Position numbers and translations under genes: made by a program. From contig MERQ01000092.1 in NCBI GenBank assembly GCA_001770655.1, positions 30,234 to 94,233 of the forward strand: 64,000 nt of DNA, in the 5' to 3' direction. This document shows, one piece after another, positions 46,483 to 56,420 of the stretch. Below the pieces are notes generated by a model, which was not told where the DNA came from, searched no databases, and worked only from the letters and a program-made list of their open reading frames with translations. Numbering within the stretch: the first letter of the stretch is position 1; the number at the start of each line of letters is the position of its first letter. This DNA comes from Betaproteobacteria bacterium RIFCSPLOWO2_12_FULL_68_20 (lineage in GTDB: Bacteria > Pseudomonadota > Gammaproteobacteria > Burkholderiales > SG8-39).

Positions 46483-46504
46483 GAGGCGGTCGCGCCGGCA
46501 CCGG

Positions 46505-46553
46505 CACCACCCCGGCGCTTCGCGCCACCCCTCCTCGGAGAGGAGGGGAAAAG
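46505..46553. repeat. REP-like double-hairpin element, copy C
   Basis: The sequence is caccaccccGGCGCttcGCGCCaCCCCTCCTCggaGAGGAGGGGaaaag, 46/49 identical to copy A at 6373-6421. Confidence 0.75.
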
Positions 46554-46561
46554 GTCGACGT

Positions 46562-48037
46562 ATGAGCCTGCCCGACCGCCCCATCACCATCCTCATCGCC
46601 GCGCTCGGCGGCGAGGGCGGCGGCGTGATGGCCGACTGGCTGATCGACGCGGCGACTCAGTGCGGCTACCCGGCGCAGAGCACCTCGATCCCGGGCGTCG
46701 CGCAGCGCACCGGGGCGACCACCTATTACCTGGAGATCTTTCCCGCCGAGCGCGAGCAGCTCGGCGCTCGCGAGCCGGTGCTCTCGCTCACCCCGAGCCC
46801 CGGCAATGTGGACGTGATGGTCTCCTCCGAGCTGGTGGAAGCCGGCCGCGCGATGCAGAACGGTTTCGTCAGCCCCCAGCGCACCACGCTCATCGCCTCG
46901 ACGCACCGCATCTACGCCACGATCGAGAAGATGCAGATGGCCGACGGCCGCTTCGAATCCGAAAAAGTGCTCGCCGCGGCGCGCCAGATGGCGAAGAAGG
47001 CGGTGCTGTTCGACATGCGCAGCCTCGCGCAGCAGAGCGGCACCGTCATCAACGCGGTCCTGTTCGGCGCGATAGCGGGCGCGGGCGTGCTGCCGCTGCC
47101 GCGCGAGGCCTGCGAGCAGGCGATCCGGCGCGCCGGGCGCGGCGCCGAGGCGAGCCTGCGCGGCTTCGGCGCCGGCTACGAGATCGCCGCCGGCACGCGC
47201 CGCGCGGCGGAGCCGCCTCCCCCGCCGCGCCGCGCGACCGGGGTGCGCGAAATCGTCGAGCTCGGCGTGGCGCGCCTGAAAGACTACCAGGGAGCCGCCT
47301 ATGCGGCGCTCTACCTCGAGCGCATGAAGCCCTTCCTCGAAAGCGACGCCGGGCTCGCCGCCGAGGTCGGGCGGCATCTGGCGGTGTGGATGAGCTACGA
47401 GGACATCATCCGCGTCGCCGACCTGAAGACCCGGCGCTCGCGCTTCGAGCGCGTGCGGCGCGAGGTCGGCGCCATGGAGGGCGAGCCGGTGGTGGTGATC
47501 GACTACCTGAAGCCCGGGATCGAGGAATTCGCCTCGGTGTTGCCCGCCGCGCTCGGCGCGCGCCTTGCCGCCTGGGCCGAACGGCGCGGCAAGCTCGACG
47601 CCTGGAACGTCGGCATGCACCTCAAGACCTCGGGGATCTTCGGTTTCCTGCTGATGCGCTCGCTCGCGTGGCTCAAGCCGTGGCGTCCGCACAGCTATCG
47701 CTACCGCGAGGAGCAGCGGCTGATCGAGCGCTGGCTCGGCCACGTCGCCGACGCGGCGAGGCGGGACGTCGCGCTCGCGCTCGAGGTCGCCGAATGTGCG
47801 CGCCTCGTCAAGGGGTACGGCGAGACCCACCGCCGCGGCAAGGCGAGCTTCCTCGCCATCCTCGACGCGCTGGTCGAGAACCCCGCGACCGCCGATGCGC
47901 GCGAGCAGGCCGCCGCGATCCGCAAGGCGCGCGAGGCGGCGCTCGCCGACCCGGAGGGCAAGGCGCTCGGCTCGGCCCTCGGCAAGCCGGTGGTCTGGTT
48001 GAAGCCGGCTTCACAGAACGTAAAATCGCCCTCCTAG
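46562..48037 (+). CDS. iorB: Indolepyruvate oxidoreductase beta subunit family protein
   Basis: The 491-aa ORF starts ITILIAALGGEGGGVMADWLIDAATQCGYPAQSTSIPGVAQRTGATTYYLEIFP, a typical IorB N-terminus. It has a long C-terminal extension. Confidence 0.8.
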   Translation: MSLPDRPITILIAALGGEGGGVMADWLIDAATQCGYPAQSTSIPGVAQRTGATTYYLEIFPAEREQLGAREPVLSLTPSPGNVDVMVSSELVEAGRAMQNGFVSPQRTTLIASTHRIYATIEKMQMADGRFESEKVLAAARQMAKKAVLFDMRSLAQQSGTVINAVLFGAIAGAGVLPLPREACEQAIRRAGRGAEASLRGFGAGYEIAAGTRRAAEPPPPPRRATGVREIVELGVARLKDYQGAAYAALYLERMKPFLESDAGLAAEVGRHLAVWMSYEDIIRVADLKTRRSRFERVRREVGAMEGEPVVVIDYLKPGIEEFASVLPAALGARLAAWAERRGKLDAWNVGMHLKTSGIFGFLLMRSLAWLKPWRPHSYRYREEQRLIERWLGHVADAARRDVALALEVAECARLVKGYGETHRRGKASFLAILDALVENPATADAREQAAAIRKAREAALADPEGKALGSALGKPVVWLKPASQNVKSPS

Positions 48038-48047
48038 GAGGCTTTTC

Positions 48048-49094
48048 ATGGCCAGCGTGCTTCAACCGGACGTCGGCGCCGCGCGGCAGGACTTCTACCG
48101 CCGCATGGACAAGGACAACCTCGCCCCGCTCTGGGAAGTGCTGCACAACCTCGTTCCGCCCGCGCCCGCCACGCCCTGCGTGCCGGCGCACTGGAAGTAC
48201 CGCAACGTGCGGCCCTACGTCATGGAGGCGGGCAACATCATCTCGGCGAAGGAGGCGGTGCGCCGCGTGGTGGTGCTGGAGAACCCCGGCATGCGCGGCC
48301 AGTCGTGCATCACGAGGAGCCTCTACGCCGGCCTGCAGCTGATCCTGCCGGGCGAGGTCGCGCCGAGCCACCGCCACAGCCAGTCGGCGCTACGCTTCAT
48401 CGTGGAAGGCTCGGGCGCGTACACCGCGGTAAATGGCGAGCGCACCACCATGCATCCGGGCGACTTCATCATCACGCCGTCGTGGACCTGGCACGACCAC
48501 GGCAATCCGGGAGGGGAGCCGGTGGTGTGGCTGGACGGCCTGGACGTGAGCATCGTCGAGCTGTTCAGCGCGCAGTTCATGGAGACCTATCCGCAGGACT
48601 CGCAGCCGGTGACGCGCGGCGAAGGCGCCTCTTACGCCATGTACGGCCACAACCTCGCGCCGCTCGAGCCGGTGGCGCCCTTCGGCAAGACCTCGCCGGT
48701 CTTCAGCTACCCCTACGCGCGCAGCCGCGAGACGCTCGCCAGGCTCGCGCGCGAGCGGGATCCCGACACCTGCCACGGCTGGAAGATGCAGTTCATCAAT
48801 CCGCTCACCGGCGGGCATGCGATGCCGACCATCGGCGCGTTCATCCAGCTGCTGCCGAAGGGCTTTCGCTCGGCGTCCTACCGCTCGACCGACGGCACGG
48901 CGTTCGTCGCCGCCGAAGGCGAAGGAAGGGCGACGATCGGCGAGCAGGCGTTCGAGTTCGAGCCGCGCGACGTGTTCGTGGCGCCCTCCTGGCAGCCGGT
49001 CCGCGTCGAGGCGACGAGCGAGTGCGTGCTGTTTTCCTTTTCGGACCGCCCCGCGCAGCAGGCGCTCGGGCTGTGGCGCGAGCAGCGGGGATGA
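48048..49094 (+). CDS. Gentisate 1,2-dioxygenase-family bicupin ring-cleavage dioxygenase
   Basis: The 348-aa ORF contains NLAPLWEVL, ENPGMRGQSCITRSLYAGLQLILPGEVAPSHRHSQSALRFIVEGSGAYTAVNGER and ITPSWTWHDHGN. These closely match remembered GDO sequences. Confidence 0.8.
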   Translation: MASVLQPDVGAARQDFYRRMDKDNLAPLWEVLHNLVPPAPATPCVPAHWKYRNVRPYVMEAGNIISAKEAVRRVVVLENPGMRGQSCITRSLYAGLQLILPGEVAPSHRHSQSALRFIVEGSGAYTAVNGERTTMHPGDFIITPSWTWHDHGNPGGEPVVWLDGLDVSIVELFSAQFMETYPQDSQPVTRGEGASYAMYGHNLAPLEPVAPFGKTSPVFSYPYARSRETLARLARERDPDTCHGWKMQFINPLTGGHAMPTIGAFIQLLPKGFRSASYRSTDGTAFVAAEGEGRATIGEQAFEFEPRDVFVAPSWQPVRVEATSECVLFSFSDRPAQQALGLWREQRG

Positions 49095-49945
49095 ACGCTC
49101 CCGACAAGGCGCTCCTCGCAAGGGAGTACAACAACCGCGAGCTCGTCCCCGAGCATCCGCAGTTCTTCGCGCGCTGGGGCGAATCCTCCGCGCGCGCGCG
49201 CCGCATCATGGCCTGCACCCTCGACCGGCGCTACGGCGACATGGCGGGCGAGACGATCGACATATTCCCCGCGAGGAAGGGCGACGGCACCTGCATGATG
49301 TTCATCCACGGCGGCTACTGGCGAGCGCTCGACAAGAGGGACTTCTCGTTCCTCGCGCCCGCCGCCGTGGACGCGGGCGTCTCGCTCGCGGTGGTGAACT
49401 ACGATCTGTGCCCGAACGTGACGATGGAAGAGATCGTGCGCCAGATGCTGCGCGCGAGCCGCTGGCTGTGGCTGCATGCCGAGGACTACGGCATGGACCA
49501 GGACCGGCTGTACGTGTCTGGCCACTCGGCGGGCGGGCACCTGGTCGCGATGCTGATGTGCGCGCTCTGGCCGGCGTTCGACGCGCGGCTGCCCAGGGAC
49601 CTGTGGAAGGGCGGCCTCGCGGTGAGCGGCCTGTACGACCTGCGGCCGCTCGTCCACGTGGAGTGGCTGAACGGCGACCTGCGGCTCGACGAGGCGTCGG
49701 CGCTCCAGGTCTCGCCCGCGTTCATGCCGCCGGCGTCGCGTGCGCCGGTGATGACCTGCGTCGGGGGCGACGAGTCGAGCGAATTCAGGCGCCAGAACCG
49801 GCTGCTCGGCGAGCGCTGGCGCGCGGCGTTTGCCGGCGACATCCCGATGCCGGGCAGGAACCATTTTTCGGTGCTCGACGCTCTGGCGGAGCCGTCGAGC
49901 GCGCTTCTCGCCGGCGCACGGCGGCTGATGAAGCTCGACAGATGA
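49091..49945 (+). CDS. Alpha/beta hydrolase, arylformamidase (kynurenine formamidase)-like esterase
   Basis: The ATG overlaps the upstream stop (ATGA). The motifs are FIHGGYW (oxyanion) and the nucleophile elbow GHSAGGH. The product is 284 aa. Confidence 0.75.
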   Translation: MNAPDKALLAREYNNRELVPEHPQFFARWGESSARARRIMACTLDRRYGDMAGETIDIFPARKGDGTCMMFIHGGYWRALDKRDFSFLAPAAVDAGVSLAVVNYDLCPNVTMEEIVRQMLRASRWLWLHAEDYGMDQDRLYVSGHSAGGHLVAMLMCALWPAFDARLPRDLWKGGLAVSGLYDLRPLVHVEWLNGDLRLDEASALQVSPAFMPPASRAPVMTCVGGDESSEFRRQNRLLGERWRAAFAGDIPMPGRNHFSVLDALAEPSSALLAGARRLMKLDR

Positions 49946-50583
49946 CGGAATATCTCGCACCGGGCCGCTTCATCGACAGCTCGCACCCGGCGGTGAGCGG
50001 GTTCTCGCGCCGGCACGCGTCCGGCTCCGACGATCGCAGCCGCGCGGTCGCCCTTTACTATGCGGTGCGCGACAGCATCCGCTACAACCCGTTTCTCGAT
50101 TTCTCGAATGATGCCGTGTTCACTGCGTCCGCGGTTCTCGCTGCCGGGCAGGGGTTCTGCGTCGGCAAGGCCGCGTTGCTCGCAGCCTGCGCGCGCGCCG
50201 CGGAGATCCCTGCGCGCGTGGGCTTCGCCGACGTGAAGAACCATCTCACCACGCCGCGGCTCGCCGAAACCATGGGCAGCGACCTGTTCGTTTACCACGG
50301 ATACACGGAGCTGTTCCTCGACGGGCAATGGGTCAAGGCGACGCCGGCGTTCAACCTCGCCCTGTGCGAGCGCTTCCGCGTGAGGCCGCTCGAGTTCGAT
50401 GGGCGCGAGGACTCGATCTTCCATCCGTTCGACGCGGACGGGCGCCGGCACATGGAGTACCTGCGCGGGCGCGGCAGCTACGCCGATGTTCCCGTCGACC
50501 AGATCCAGCGGGAATTCCGCGAGCTCTATCCCAGGCTCTACCGACTCGGCCCCAGCGCGGCGAAAGAGACCTTCGCGCCCTGA
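49942..50583 (+). CDS. Transglutaminase-like cysteine protease-fold protein
   Basis: The ATG overlaps the upstream stop (ATGA). GQGFCVGKAALL (Cys) and VYHGYTELFLDGQWV (His) are typical of transglutaminase-core domains. The product is 213 aa. Confidence 0.7.
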   Translation: MTEYLAPGRFIDSSHPAVSGFSRRHASGSDDRSRAVALYYAVRDSIRYNPFLDFSNDAVFTASAVLAAGQGFCVGKAALLAACARAAEIPARVGFADVKNHLTTPRLAETMGSDLFVYHGYTELFLDGQWVKATPAFNLALCERFRVRPLEFDGREDSIFHPFDADGRRHMEYLRGRGSYADVPVDQIQREFRELYPRLYRLGPSAAKETFAP

Positions 50584-51800
50584 TGCGCGAGCTCTTGCAG
50601 GCGAGCTGGCGCGCGGCAGTGGCCGCGGCCGATCCGCTGCAAATTCTTCCCCCCCACCTGCCGCAGCCGCCGCGCGGGCGCACCTTCGTCGCCGCGGCCG
50701 GAAAGGCCGCCGCTTCGATGGCGCTCGCAACGGAGCGCACGTGGCCGAAGAACCGGGATCTGGAGGGCCTCGCCATCACGCGTTACCGGCACGGGCTTCC
50801 GACCAGGCGTATCCGCGTCGTCGAGGCCGGCCATCCGGTCCCGGACGAGGCGGGCGAGGCGGCCGCCCGCGAGCTGCTTGACCGGGTGCGCACGCTCGGC
50901 GAGGACGACCTGCTCCTCGCCCTCATCTCAGGCGGGGGCTCGAGCCTGCTTCCACTCCCCGCCCCGGGCGTCGCCATGAGCGATCTGAAGACGGTGACTG
51001 GGCAGCTCCTGCGCAGCGGCGCGTCCATCCAGGAGATCAACACCGTGCGCAAGCACCTCTCGGCGATCCTCGGCGGGCGCCTCGCCGCGGCGAGCCGCGC
51101 GCGCGTGCTCGCGCTCATCATCTCCGACGTGACCGGCGACGACCCGAGCGACATCGCCTCGGGCCCGTGCGCGCCGGACCCGACGACCTGCGATGACGCC
51201 AGGGCGATCCTCCTCCGGTACGGCATCGCCCCGCCGGGGGCGTTCTCGGAGTCGCCCAAGCCCGGCGATCCGGCGTTCGCCAAGGCGGAGAACCGGGTGG
51301 TCGCTACCGCCCGGCGCTCGCTGGAAGCCGGCTGCGAGGTGTTCCGCGCACGCGGCATCGAGCCGGTGAACCTGGGCGACCGGATCACCGGCGAGGCGCG
51401 CGAGGTGGCGGCAGGGATGGCCGCGCGCGTGCGCACGACCCGCGGGCCGGCGGCACTCATCTCGGGCGGCGAGTGCACGGTGACCGTGCGCGGCGCGGCG
51501 GGGCGCGGCGGGCGCTGCGCCGAGTTCCTGCTCGCGCTCGCGATCGAGCTCGACGGGATGCCGGGCGCATACGCGATCGCGGCCGACACCGACGGCATCG
51601 ACGGCACTGAGGACAACGCGGGCGCCCTGATCGCGCCCGACACACTCGCCCGGGCGCGTGCCGCGGGGCTCGACGCGCGCGCGTTCCTCGAGGCGAACGA
51701 CAGCTACGGGTTTTTCTCCGCGCTCGGCGACCTGGTCGTCACCGGCCCTACGCGCACCAACGTCAACGACTACCGCGCGATCGTGATGAGCCGGGGCTAG
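50583..51800 (+). CDS. Glycerate 2-kinase / hydroxypyruvate reductase family protein (DUF4147 + MOFRL, TtuD-like)
   Basis: The ATG overlaps the upstream stop by 1 nt (TGATG). The motifs are ALISGGGSSLL, LISGGECTVTV and ADTDGIDG. The product is 405 aa. Confidence 0.8.
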   Translation: MRELLQASWRAAVAAADPLQILPPHLPQPPRGRTFVAAAGKAAASMALATERTWPKNRDLEGLAITRYRHGLPTRRIRVVEAGHPVPDEAGEAAARELLDRVRTLGEDDLLLALISGGGSSLLPLPAPGVAMSDLKTVTGQLLRSGASIQEINTVRKHLSAILGGRLAAASRARVLALIISDVTGDDPSDIASGPCAPDPTTCDDARAILLRYGIAPPGAFSESPKPGDPAFAKAENRVVATARRSLEAGCEVFRARGIEPVNLGDRITGEAREVAAGMAARVRTTRGPAALISGGECTVTVRGAAGRGGRCAEFLLALAIELDGMPGAYAIAADTDGIDGTEDNAGALIAPDTLARARAAGLDARAFLEANDSYGFFSALGDLVVTGPTRTNVNDYRAIVMSRG

Positions 51801-52240
51801 TCGGCTTCGGGCGCCTCGCTCGGCGGCACCCAGTCGGCCAGTGCCACCATCCCGCCGAGCGCCGAGGCCCTGCGAAGGTAGCGGGCGTCGGCCGTCACCA
51901 CCACTGCGTCATGCTCGAGCGCCACGGCGTGATACAGGGTGTCGAATACATGCTGGCCCAACTGCGCCGCGATGCGGCTCGCGCGTTTGTAGACCTCCGC
52001 ATCCGTCGCCACTGCAAGCTCCATCGCATCGAGCAGGTCGACTGCTTCGGCCACGACCTCCGGGCGCAGGCGCGCCAGCACCGCCACGACCTCCGCAAAC
52101 CAATGCGGCGGCTGGATTATGTCGACGCGGCGGTCCCTGACAGCCCGCAACAGCTCGGCCGCCCGATCGCTGTCAGGCTCCTGCGCCGAGTCCGGTAGGA
52201 CCCACTTGACGGCCACGCTCGCGTCGACGACGAGCCTCAA
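51797..52240 (-). CDS. vapC: PIN-domain toxin (VapC-type)
   Basis: The 147-aa ORF reads MRLVVDASVAVKWVL...FDTLYHAVALEHDAVVVTADARY. It overlaps the antitoxin gene by 4 nt. Confidence 0.8.
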   Translation of the reverse strand: MRLVVDASVAVKWVLPDSAQEPDSDRAAELLRAVRDRRVDIIQPPHWFAEVVAVLARLRPEVVAEAVDLLDAMELAVATDAEVYKRASRIAAQLGQHVFDTLYHAVALEHDAVVVTADARYLRRASALGGMVALADWVPPSEAPEAD

Positions 52241-52470
52241 GGCCGTCCCGCAGCCCGGGCTTTGCTCAGCTCGCGCTCCGTGACCGGCCGCTGCCGTTTG
52301 CGCAGCTTCAACAGCGCATCGACCGCCGCGGCCCGGCGCTGCTGGCGGCGCCGCTCCTCGATCGCCAGGCGCATCAGATGCGCCAGCACTCCGCTCTTGT
52401 TCTCGCCCGCGAAGACCCGGTTGAACGCTTTCTTGACCTCATCGGGCACGCTGAAGTTCACCGTAGCCAT
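52237..52470 (-). CDS. vapB: Antitoxin of the VapB/RHH-like type
   Basis: The 77-aa ORF starts MATVNFSVPDEVKKAFNRVFAGENKSGVLAHLMRLAIEE. It lies immediately upstream of the PIN gene and is translationally coupled to it. Confidence 0.7.
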   Translation of the reverse strand: MATVNFSVPDEVKKAFNRVFAGENKSGVLAHLMRLAIEERRRQQRRAAAVDALLKLRKRQRPVTERELSKARAAGRP

Positions 52471-52484
52471 TGGAATTCCCGCGT

Positions 52485-52506
52485 TGTTGAATATTTCAAC
52501 ATTATA
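52485..52506 (-). promoter_or_regulatory. Perfect palindrome TGTTGAA-TAT-TTCAACA overlapping a TATAAT box upstream of vapB (candidate autoregulated promoter)
   Basis: On the minus strand the sequence reads cctATAATGTTGAAATATTCAACAacg, 15-35 nt upstream of the antitoxin ATG. I see no convincing -35. Confidence 0.5.
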
Positions 52507-52550
52507 GGCGAAAAGATCCGCGCTGCCCGCTCCCGCATAGAGTCGCCACC

Positions 52551-53306
52551 TCAGCGTCCCGCGGCCGACACCTTGCTGCCGACGCGCAGGCCGAGCTTGC
52601 GCGCGGCGCTCGCGCGGTTCGCCGCGATCTCGGCGAGGCCCATGCTGTTCGCGTACCAGAATATCTCTCCCGTCTTCACCGCTTCGAAAATCCTGGCATG
52701 CGGTATCCGGCGCCCGCCCGCGCGAAGCGCCGATCCGCGCCCCAGCTTTCGCACGCGCAGCCCGGTCACCGCGTTTCCGTAGTGGTCGATGTAGATCACG
52801 CGGGCGTGGTCGCCGGCGTCAAGCAGAACAGCCGGCGCCCGCGTGGGCGCGAGCCACCCGCGCGGAACCCTTCCCGATGCGAGCGCCGCCGCGACCGGCG
52901 CAAAGAGATCGCGGCCGTGGAACGAATCGGAGAGCCGCGCCGGCCGCCACGCGATGCGCTGGCAGCGCCTGGCGCGCGCGCGCTGCCAGACGATCGACAG
53001 TAGCCCGTTGTCGGGGCCGACGAAGCTCCTGCCGTCCGCGTCCACCACGATCGCCTCGCGCCTTCCGCCCACTCCCGGATCCACGACCGCGAGAAAGACG
53101 CTCCCGCGCGGGTACTCGCCTGCGAGCGCCGCGAGCAGGTGCGCGGCCGGCTCGACCGCGAAATCGATCACATCGTGGGCTGCGTCGAGCAGCGGCACGC
53201 GTGGCGCCCGCGCGGCGAGCACCGCCTTCACTTGCCCGACATAGATATCGCGATTTCCGAAATCCGTGAATAGCACGAGCACGCGGCGATTGTAGAGGGG
53301 CGCCAA
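52551..53306 (-). CDS. SAM hydroxide adenosyltransferase family protein (DUF62, chlorinase/fluorinase-like fold)
   Basis: The 251-aa ORF has the motifs LFTDFGNRDIYVGQVK, VVDPGVGGRR, GPDNGLL and FHGRDLFAP. Confidence 0.8.
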   Translation of the reverse strand: MAPLYNRRVLVLFTDFGNRDIYVGQVKAVLAARAPRVPLLDAAHDVIDFAVEPAAHLLAALAGEYPRGSVFLAVVDPGVGGRREAIVVDADGRSFVGPDNGLLSIVWQRARARRCQRIAWRPARLSDSFHGRDLFAPVAAALASGRVPRGWLAPTRAPAVLLDAGDHARVIYIDHYGNAVTGLRVRKLGRGSALRAGGRRIPHARIFEAVKTGEIFWYANSMGLAEIAANRASAARKLGLRVGSKVSAAGR

Positions 53307-53309
53307 AAG

Positions 53310-53335
53310 AAAAGGCCGGGTTACCCCGGCCTTTT
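53310..53335 (-). terminator. Rho-independent terminator after rplQ (symmetrical, potentially bidirectional)
   Basis: AAAAGGCCGGG-ttac-CCCGGCCTTTT has an 11-bp stem including A/T-run flanks. It lies 19 nt downstream of the rplQ stop. Confidence 0.7.
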
Positions 53336-53353
53336 CGTTGCTCCTCGCGGCTC

Positions 53354-53761
53354 CTACGCCGCCTTCTTGTCCTCTCCGCCCTTTTTCTCCCCGGCCGGCG
53401 CCTCGGGCCGGTCCATCAGCGTCACCAGCGCCATCGGCGCGCTGTCGCCCTTGCGAAACCCCGTCTTCAGGATGCGCAGGTAGCCGCCGTTCCTCTTGGC
53501 GTAGCGCGGCCCGAGCTCGCCGAACAGCTTGGCCACGATGGCGCGGTCGCGCAGCCGGTTGAACGCGACGCGCCGGTTGGCGAGCGTGGGCTTCTTGCCG
53601 AGGGTGATCATCGGCTCGACCACGCGCCGCAATTCCTTCGCCTTCGGCACAGTGGTGGCTATTTCCTCGTGGCGCAGCAGCGACACCGTCATGTTGCGCA
53701 GCATCGCGAGCCGGTGGCTCGTGGTGCGGTTGAGCTTTCTCAGCCCGTGGCCGTGACGCAT
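53354..53761 (-). CDS. rplQ: 50S ribosomal protein L17
   Basis: [24 protein letters not shown]..., 135 aa, with a short charged C-terminal tail. Confidence 0.95.
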   Translation of the reverse strand: MRHGHGLRKLNRTTSHRLAMLRNMTVSLLRHEEIATTVPKAKELRRVVEPMITLGKKPTLANRRVAFNRLRDRAIVAKLFGELGPRYAKRNGGYLRILKTGFRKGDSAPMALVTLMDRPEAPAGEKKGGEDKKAA

Positions 53762-53763
53762 GG

Positions 53764-54744
53764 CTAGGCGCGGTGCTCGAGCCCCGCCGGCGGCCAGTTC
53801 TCGAGCTTCATGCCGAGCGTGAGGCCGCGCGAGGCGAGCACTTCCTTGATCTCGTTGAGCGACTTGCGGCCGAGGTTGGGGGTCTTGAGCAGCTCGGTCT
53901 CGGTGCGCTGGATGAGGTCGCCGATGTAATAGATGTTCTCGGCCTTGAGGCAATTGGCCGAGCGCACCGTGAGCTCGAGGTCGTCCACCGGGCGCAGCAG
54001 GATCGGGTCCACCGCCGGCGACTTGGGCATCTCGGTCGGCGTCGCCGTGCCCTCGAGCTGCGCGAACACCGAGAGCTGGTCGACCAGCACGCGCGCGGCG
54101 TAACGGATCGCCTCCTCGGGCTCGATCGCGCCGTTGGTCTCGATGTCCACGATCAGCTTGTCGAGGTCGGTGCGCTGCTCGACTCTCGCCGATTCCACCG
54201 CGTACGAGACGCGCCGCACCGGGCTGAACGAGGCGTCCATGATGACGCGTCCGATGCCCTTGGTCTCCTCGGGGAGGTAGCGCATGTTGCCCGGAACGTA
54301 GCCGCGTCCCGCCTCGACCTTGATCTGCATCTCGAGCTTGCCCCCCGCCGCGAGGTGCGCGATGACGTGGTCGGGGTTGACGATCTCCACGTCGTGCGCC
54401 GGCTCGATGTCGGAGGCGAGGACCGGTCCTTCGCCCTTTTTCTTGAGCGAGAGGATCGCCTCGGTGCGGTTATGCAGGCGGAACACCACGCCCTTCAGGT
54501 TGAGCAGGATGTCCACGACGTCTTCGCGCACGCCGTCCAGGGTCGAGTACTCGTGCACCACGCCGGCGATCTGAACCTCGGTCGGCGCGTGCCCCGGCAT
54601 CGAGGAGAGCAGCACGCGCCGCAGCGCGTTGCCCAGCGTGTGGCCGTAGCCGCGCTCGAACGGCTCCATCGTCACCTTGGCGTGATTCGGCGACAGGTTC
54701 TGCACGTCCACGATGCGCGGCTTCAGAAATCCGGTTTGCGGCAT
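53764..54744 (-). CDS. rpoA: DNA-directed RNA polymerase alpha subunit
   Basis: The 326-aa ORF contains [22 protein letters not shown] and C-terminal-domain motifs. Confidence 0.95.
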   Translation of the reverse strand: MPQTGFLKPRIVDVQNLSPNHAKVTMEPFERGYGHTLGNALRRVLLSSMPGHAPTEVQIAGVVHEYSTLDGVREDVVDILLNLKGVVFRLHNRTEAILSLKKKGEGPVLASDIEPAHDVEIVNPDHVIAHLAAGGKLEMQIKVEAGRGYVPGNMRYLPEETKGIGRVIMDASFSPVRRVSYAVESARVEQRTDLDKLIVDIETNGAIEPEEAIRYAARVLVDQLSVFAQLEGTATPTEMPKSPAVDPILLRPVDDLELTVRSANCLKAENIYYIGDLIQRTETELLKTPNLGRKSLNEIKEVLASRGLTLGMKLENWPPAGLEHRA

Positions 54745-54784
54745 TTTTCGGTCCTTGCGGCTTTCCGGCGGCGGCGCCGCCGGT

Positions 54785-55414
54785 TCACTTCGAATACAGC
54801 TCGATGATCAGGTGCTCGTTGATCGTCGAGGGCAGGTCGGTGCGCGCCGGTACGGCCTTGAAGGTGCCCTTCAGCGCTTTCGCGTCCACTTCGAGCCATT
54901 CCGGGATATGGCGCGAGGCCGCGGCTTCGGCCGCTCCCTTGATGCGCAATTGCTCCTTCGCCTTGACGGCGACCTCGATCACATCGCCCGGGCGCACCTG
55001 GAACGAGGGGATGTTCACGCGCTTGCCGTTGACGAGGATCGCGTTGTGGCGCACCACCTGCCGCGCCTCGGTGCGCGAGGCGCCGAACCCCATGCGGTAG
55101 GCGACGCTGTCCAGGCGCGACTCGAGCAGCTGCAGCAGCCGATCCCCGGTCACGCCCTTCGAGCGCGCCGCCGCGGCGTAGGTCTTGCGGAACTGGCGCT
55201 CGAGCAGCCCGTAGATGCGGCGCGTCTTCTGCTTCTCGCGCAGCTGCTTGCCGTAGTCCGAGAGCCGCGACCCGCTTCTCTGGCCGTGCTGCCCCGGGGC
55301 GTAGCTGCGCCGCTCGATCGCGCATTTGTCGGTGAAGCACTTTTCGCCCTTCAGGAAGAGCTTCTCGCCCTCCCTGCGGCACTGGCGGCACTTGGCGTCG
55401 ATGTCCCTGGCCAT
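54785..55414 (-). CDS. rpsD: 30S ribosomal protein S4 (four-Cys zinc-ribbon type N-terminus)
   Basis: [44 protein letters not shown]..., 209 aa. Confidence 0.95.
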   Translation of the reverse strand: MARDIDAKCRQCRREGEKLFLKGEKCFTDKCAIERRSYAPGQHGQRSGSRLSDYGKQLREKQKTRRIYGLLERQFRKTYAAAARSKGVTGDRLLQLLESRLDSVAYRMGFGASRTEARQVVRHNAILVNGKRVNIPSFQVRPGDVIEVAVKAKEQLRIKGAAEAAASRHIPEWLEVDAKALKGTFKAVPARTDLPSTINEHLIIELYSK

Positions 55415-55426
55415 TCGGTCTCCTCG

Positions 55427-55852
55427 CTACACGCGCCTGCGCTTCGGCGGTCGACAGCCGTTGTGCGGCACCGGCGTCACATCGGCAATGCTGGCGATCT
55501 TCAAGCCGATCGCGTTCAGCGCGCGCACCGCCGACTCGCGCCCGGGCCCGGGACCCTTGATGCGCACCTCGATGTTCTTCACGCCGCACTCCTGCGCCGC
55601 GCGCCCCGCGCGCTCGGCCGCCACCTGCGCCGCGAACGGCGTGGACTTGCGCGATCCCTTGAAGCCGGCGTGCCCCGAGGTCGCCCAGGCGAGCGCGTTG
55701 CCCTGGCGGTCGGTGATGGTGACGATGGTGTTGTTGAACGACGCGTGAACGTGGGCGATGCCCTCGGCCACGTTCTTCTTGACCTTCTTGCGCGCGCGCG
55801 CCGAGGAGGTCTGCTGGAGCTGCTGGTGGCTCGGGGTGGTCTTGCTCGCCAT
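55427..55852 (-). CDS. rpsK: 30S ribosomal protein S11
   Basis: ...[34 protein letters not shown]..., 141 aa if the first ATG is used. Confidence 0.9.
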   Translation of the reverse strand: MASKTTPSHQQLQQTSSARARKKVKKNVAEGIAHVHASFNNTIVTITDRQGNALAWATSGHAGFKGSRKSTPFAAQVAAERAGRAAQECGVKNIEVRIKGPGPGRESAVRALNAIGLKIASIADVTPVPHNGCRPPKRRRV

Positions 55853-55869
55853 GTGTCTGCTCCAGCGCC

Positions 55870-56253
55870 TCAGGCGGCCTTGCCGGCCGGCACGGTCAGC
55901 TTGATCGCGGCCTTGCGCGGTCCCTTGCGCGTGCGCGCGTTGGTGCGGGTGCGCTGTCCGCGCGCCGGGAGTCCCTTCCTGTGTCGAGAGCCGCGGTAGC
56001 AGCCCAGGTCGATCAGGCGTTTGATGCTCATCTGCACCTCGCGGCGCAGATCGCCCTCCACGGTGAATCGAGCGACGCTTTCGCGCAGCCGCTCCATCTC
56101 GGCGTCGCCCAGGTCCTTGATCTTGCGCGATCTCTGCACGCCGGCGGCGGCACAGATCGCCTGCGCGCGCGCACGGCCGATGCCGTAGATCGAGGTAAGC
56201 GCGATCTCCGCGTGCTGGTGGTTCGGAATGTTGATCCCGGCGATTCTGGCCAT
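55870..56253 (-). CDS. rpsM: 30S ribosomal protein S13
   Basis: [30 protein letters not shown]..., 127 aa. Confidence 0.95.
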   Translation of the reverse strand: MARIAGINIPNHQHAEIALTSIYGIGRARAQAICAAAGVQRSRKIKDLGDAEMERLRESVARFTVEGDLRREVQMSIKRLIDLGCYRGSRHRKGLPARGQRTRTNARTRKGPRKAAIKLTVPAGKAA

Positions 56254-56306
56254 GGCGTTTCCGTCAGCGAAAAGGCGCGGATTATACCTGTGGGCTCAAG
56301 GCTTTA

Positions 56307-56420
56307 TCAACCCTGACGCTGCTTGTGGCGCGGATTCGAGCAAATCACCCGGACCACTCCCTTGCGCCGCACGATCTTGCACTTGCGGCAGATTCTCTTG
56401 ACCGAGGCCATGACTTTCAC
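56307..56420 (-). CDS. rpmJ: 50S ribosomal protein L36
   Basis: This gene is below the ORF-track size cut-off. My manual translation is (GTG)[37 protein letters not shown], 37 aa. It lies between secY and rpsM. Confidence 0.85.
   Translation of the reverse strand: MKVMASVKRICRKCKIVRRKGVVRVICSNPRHKQRQG

Noticed and set aside
46437-46548. REP-like 9-bp GC hairpins as rho-independent terminators.
   Set aside because: On neither strand is any of the three hairpins followed by a T-tract. The A/T runs lie on the wrong side for the direction of the flanking genes.
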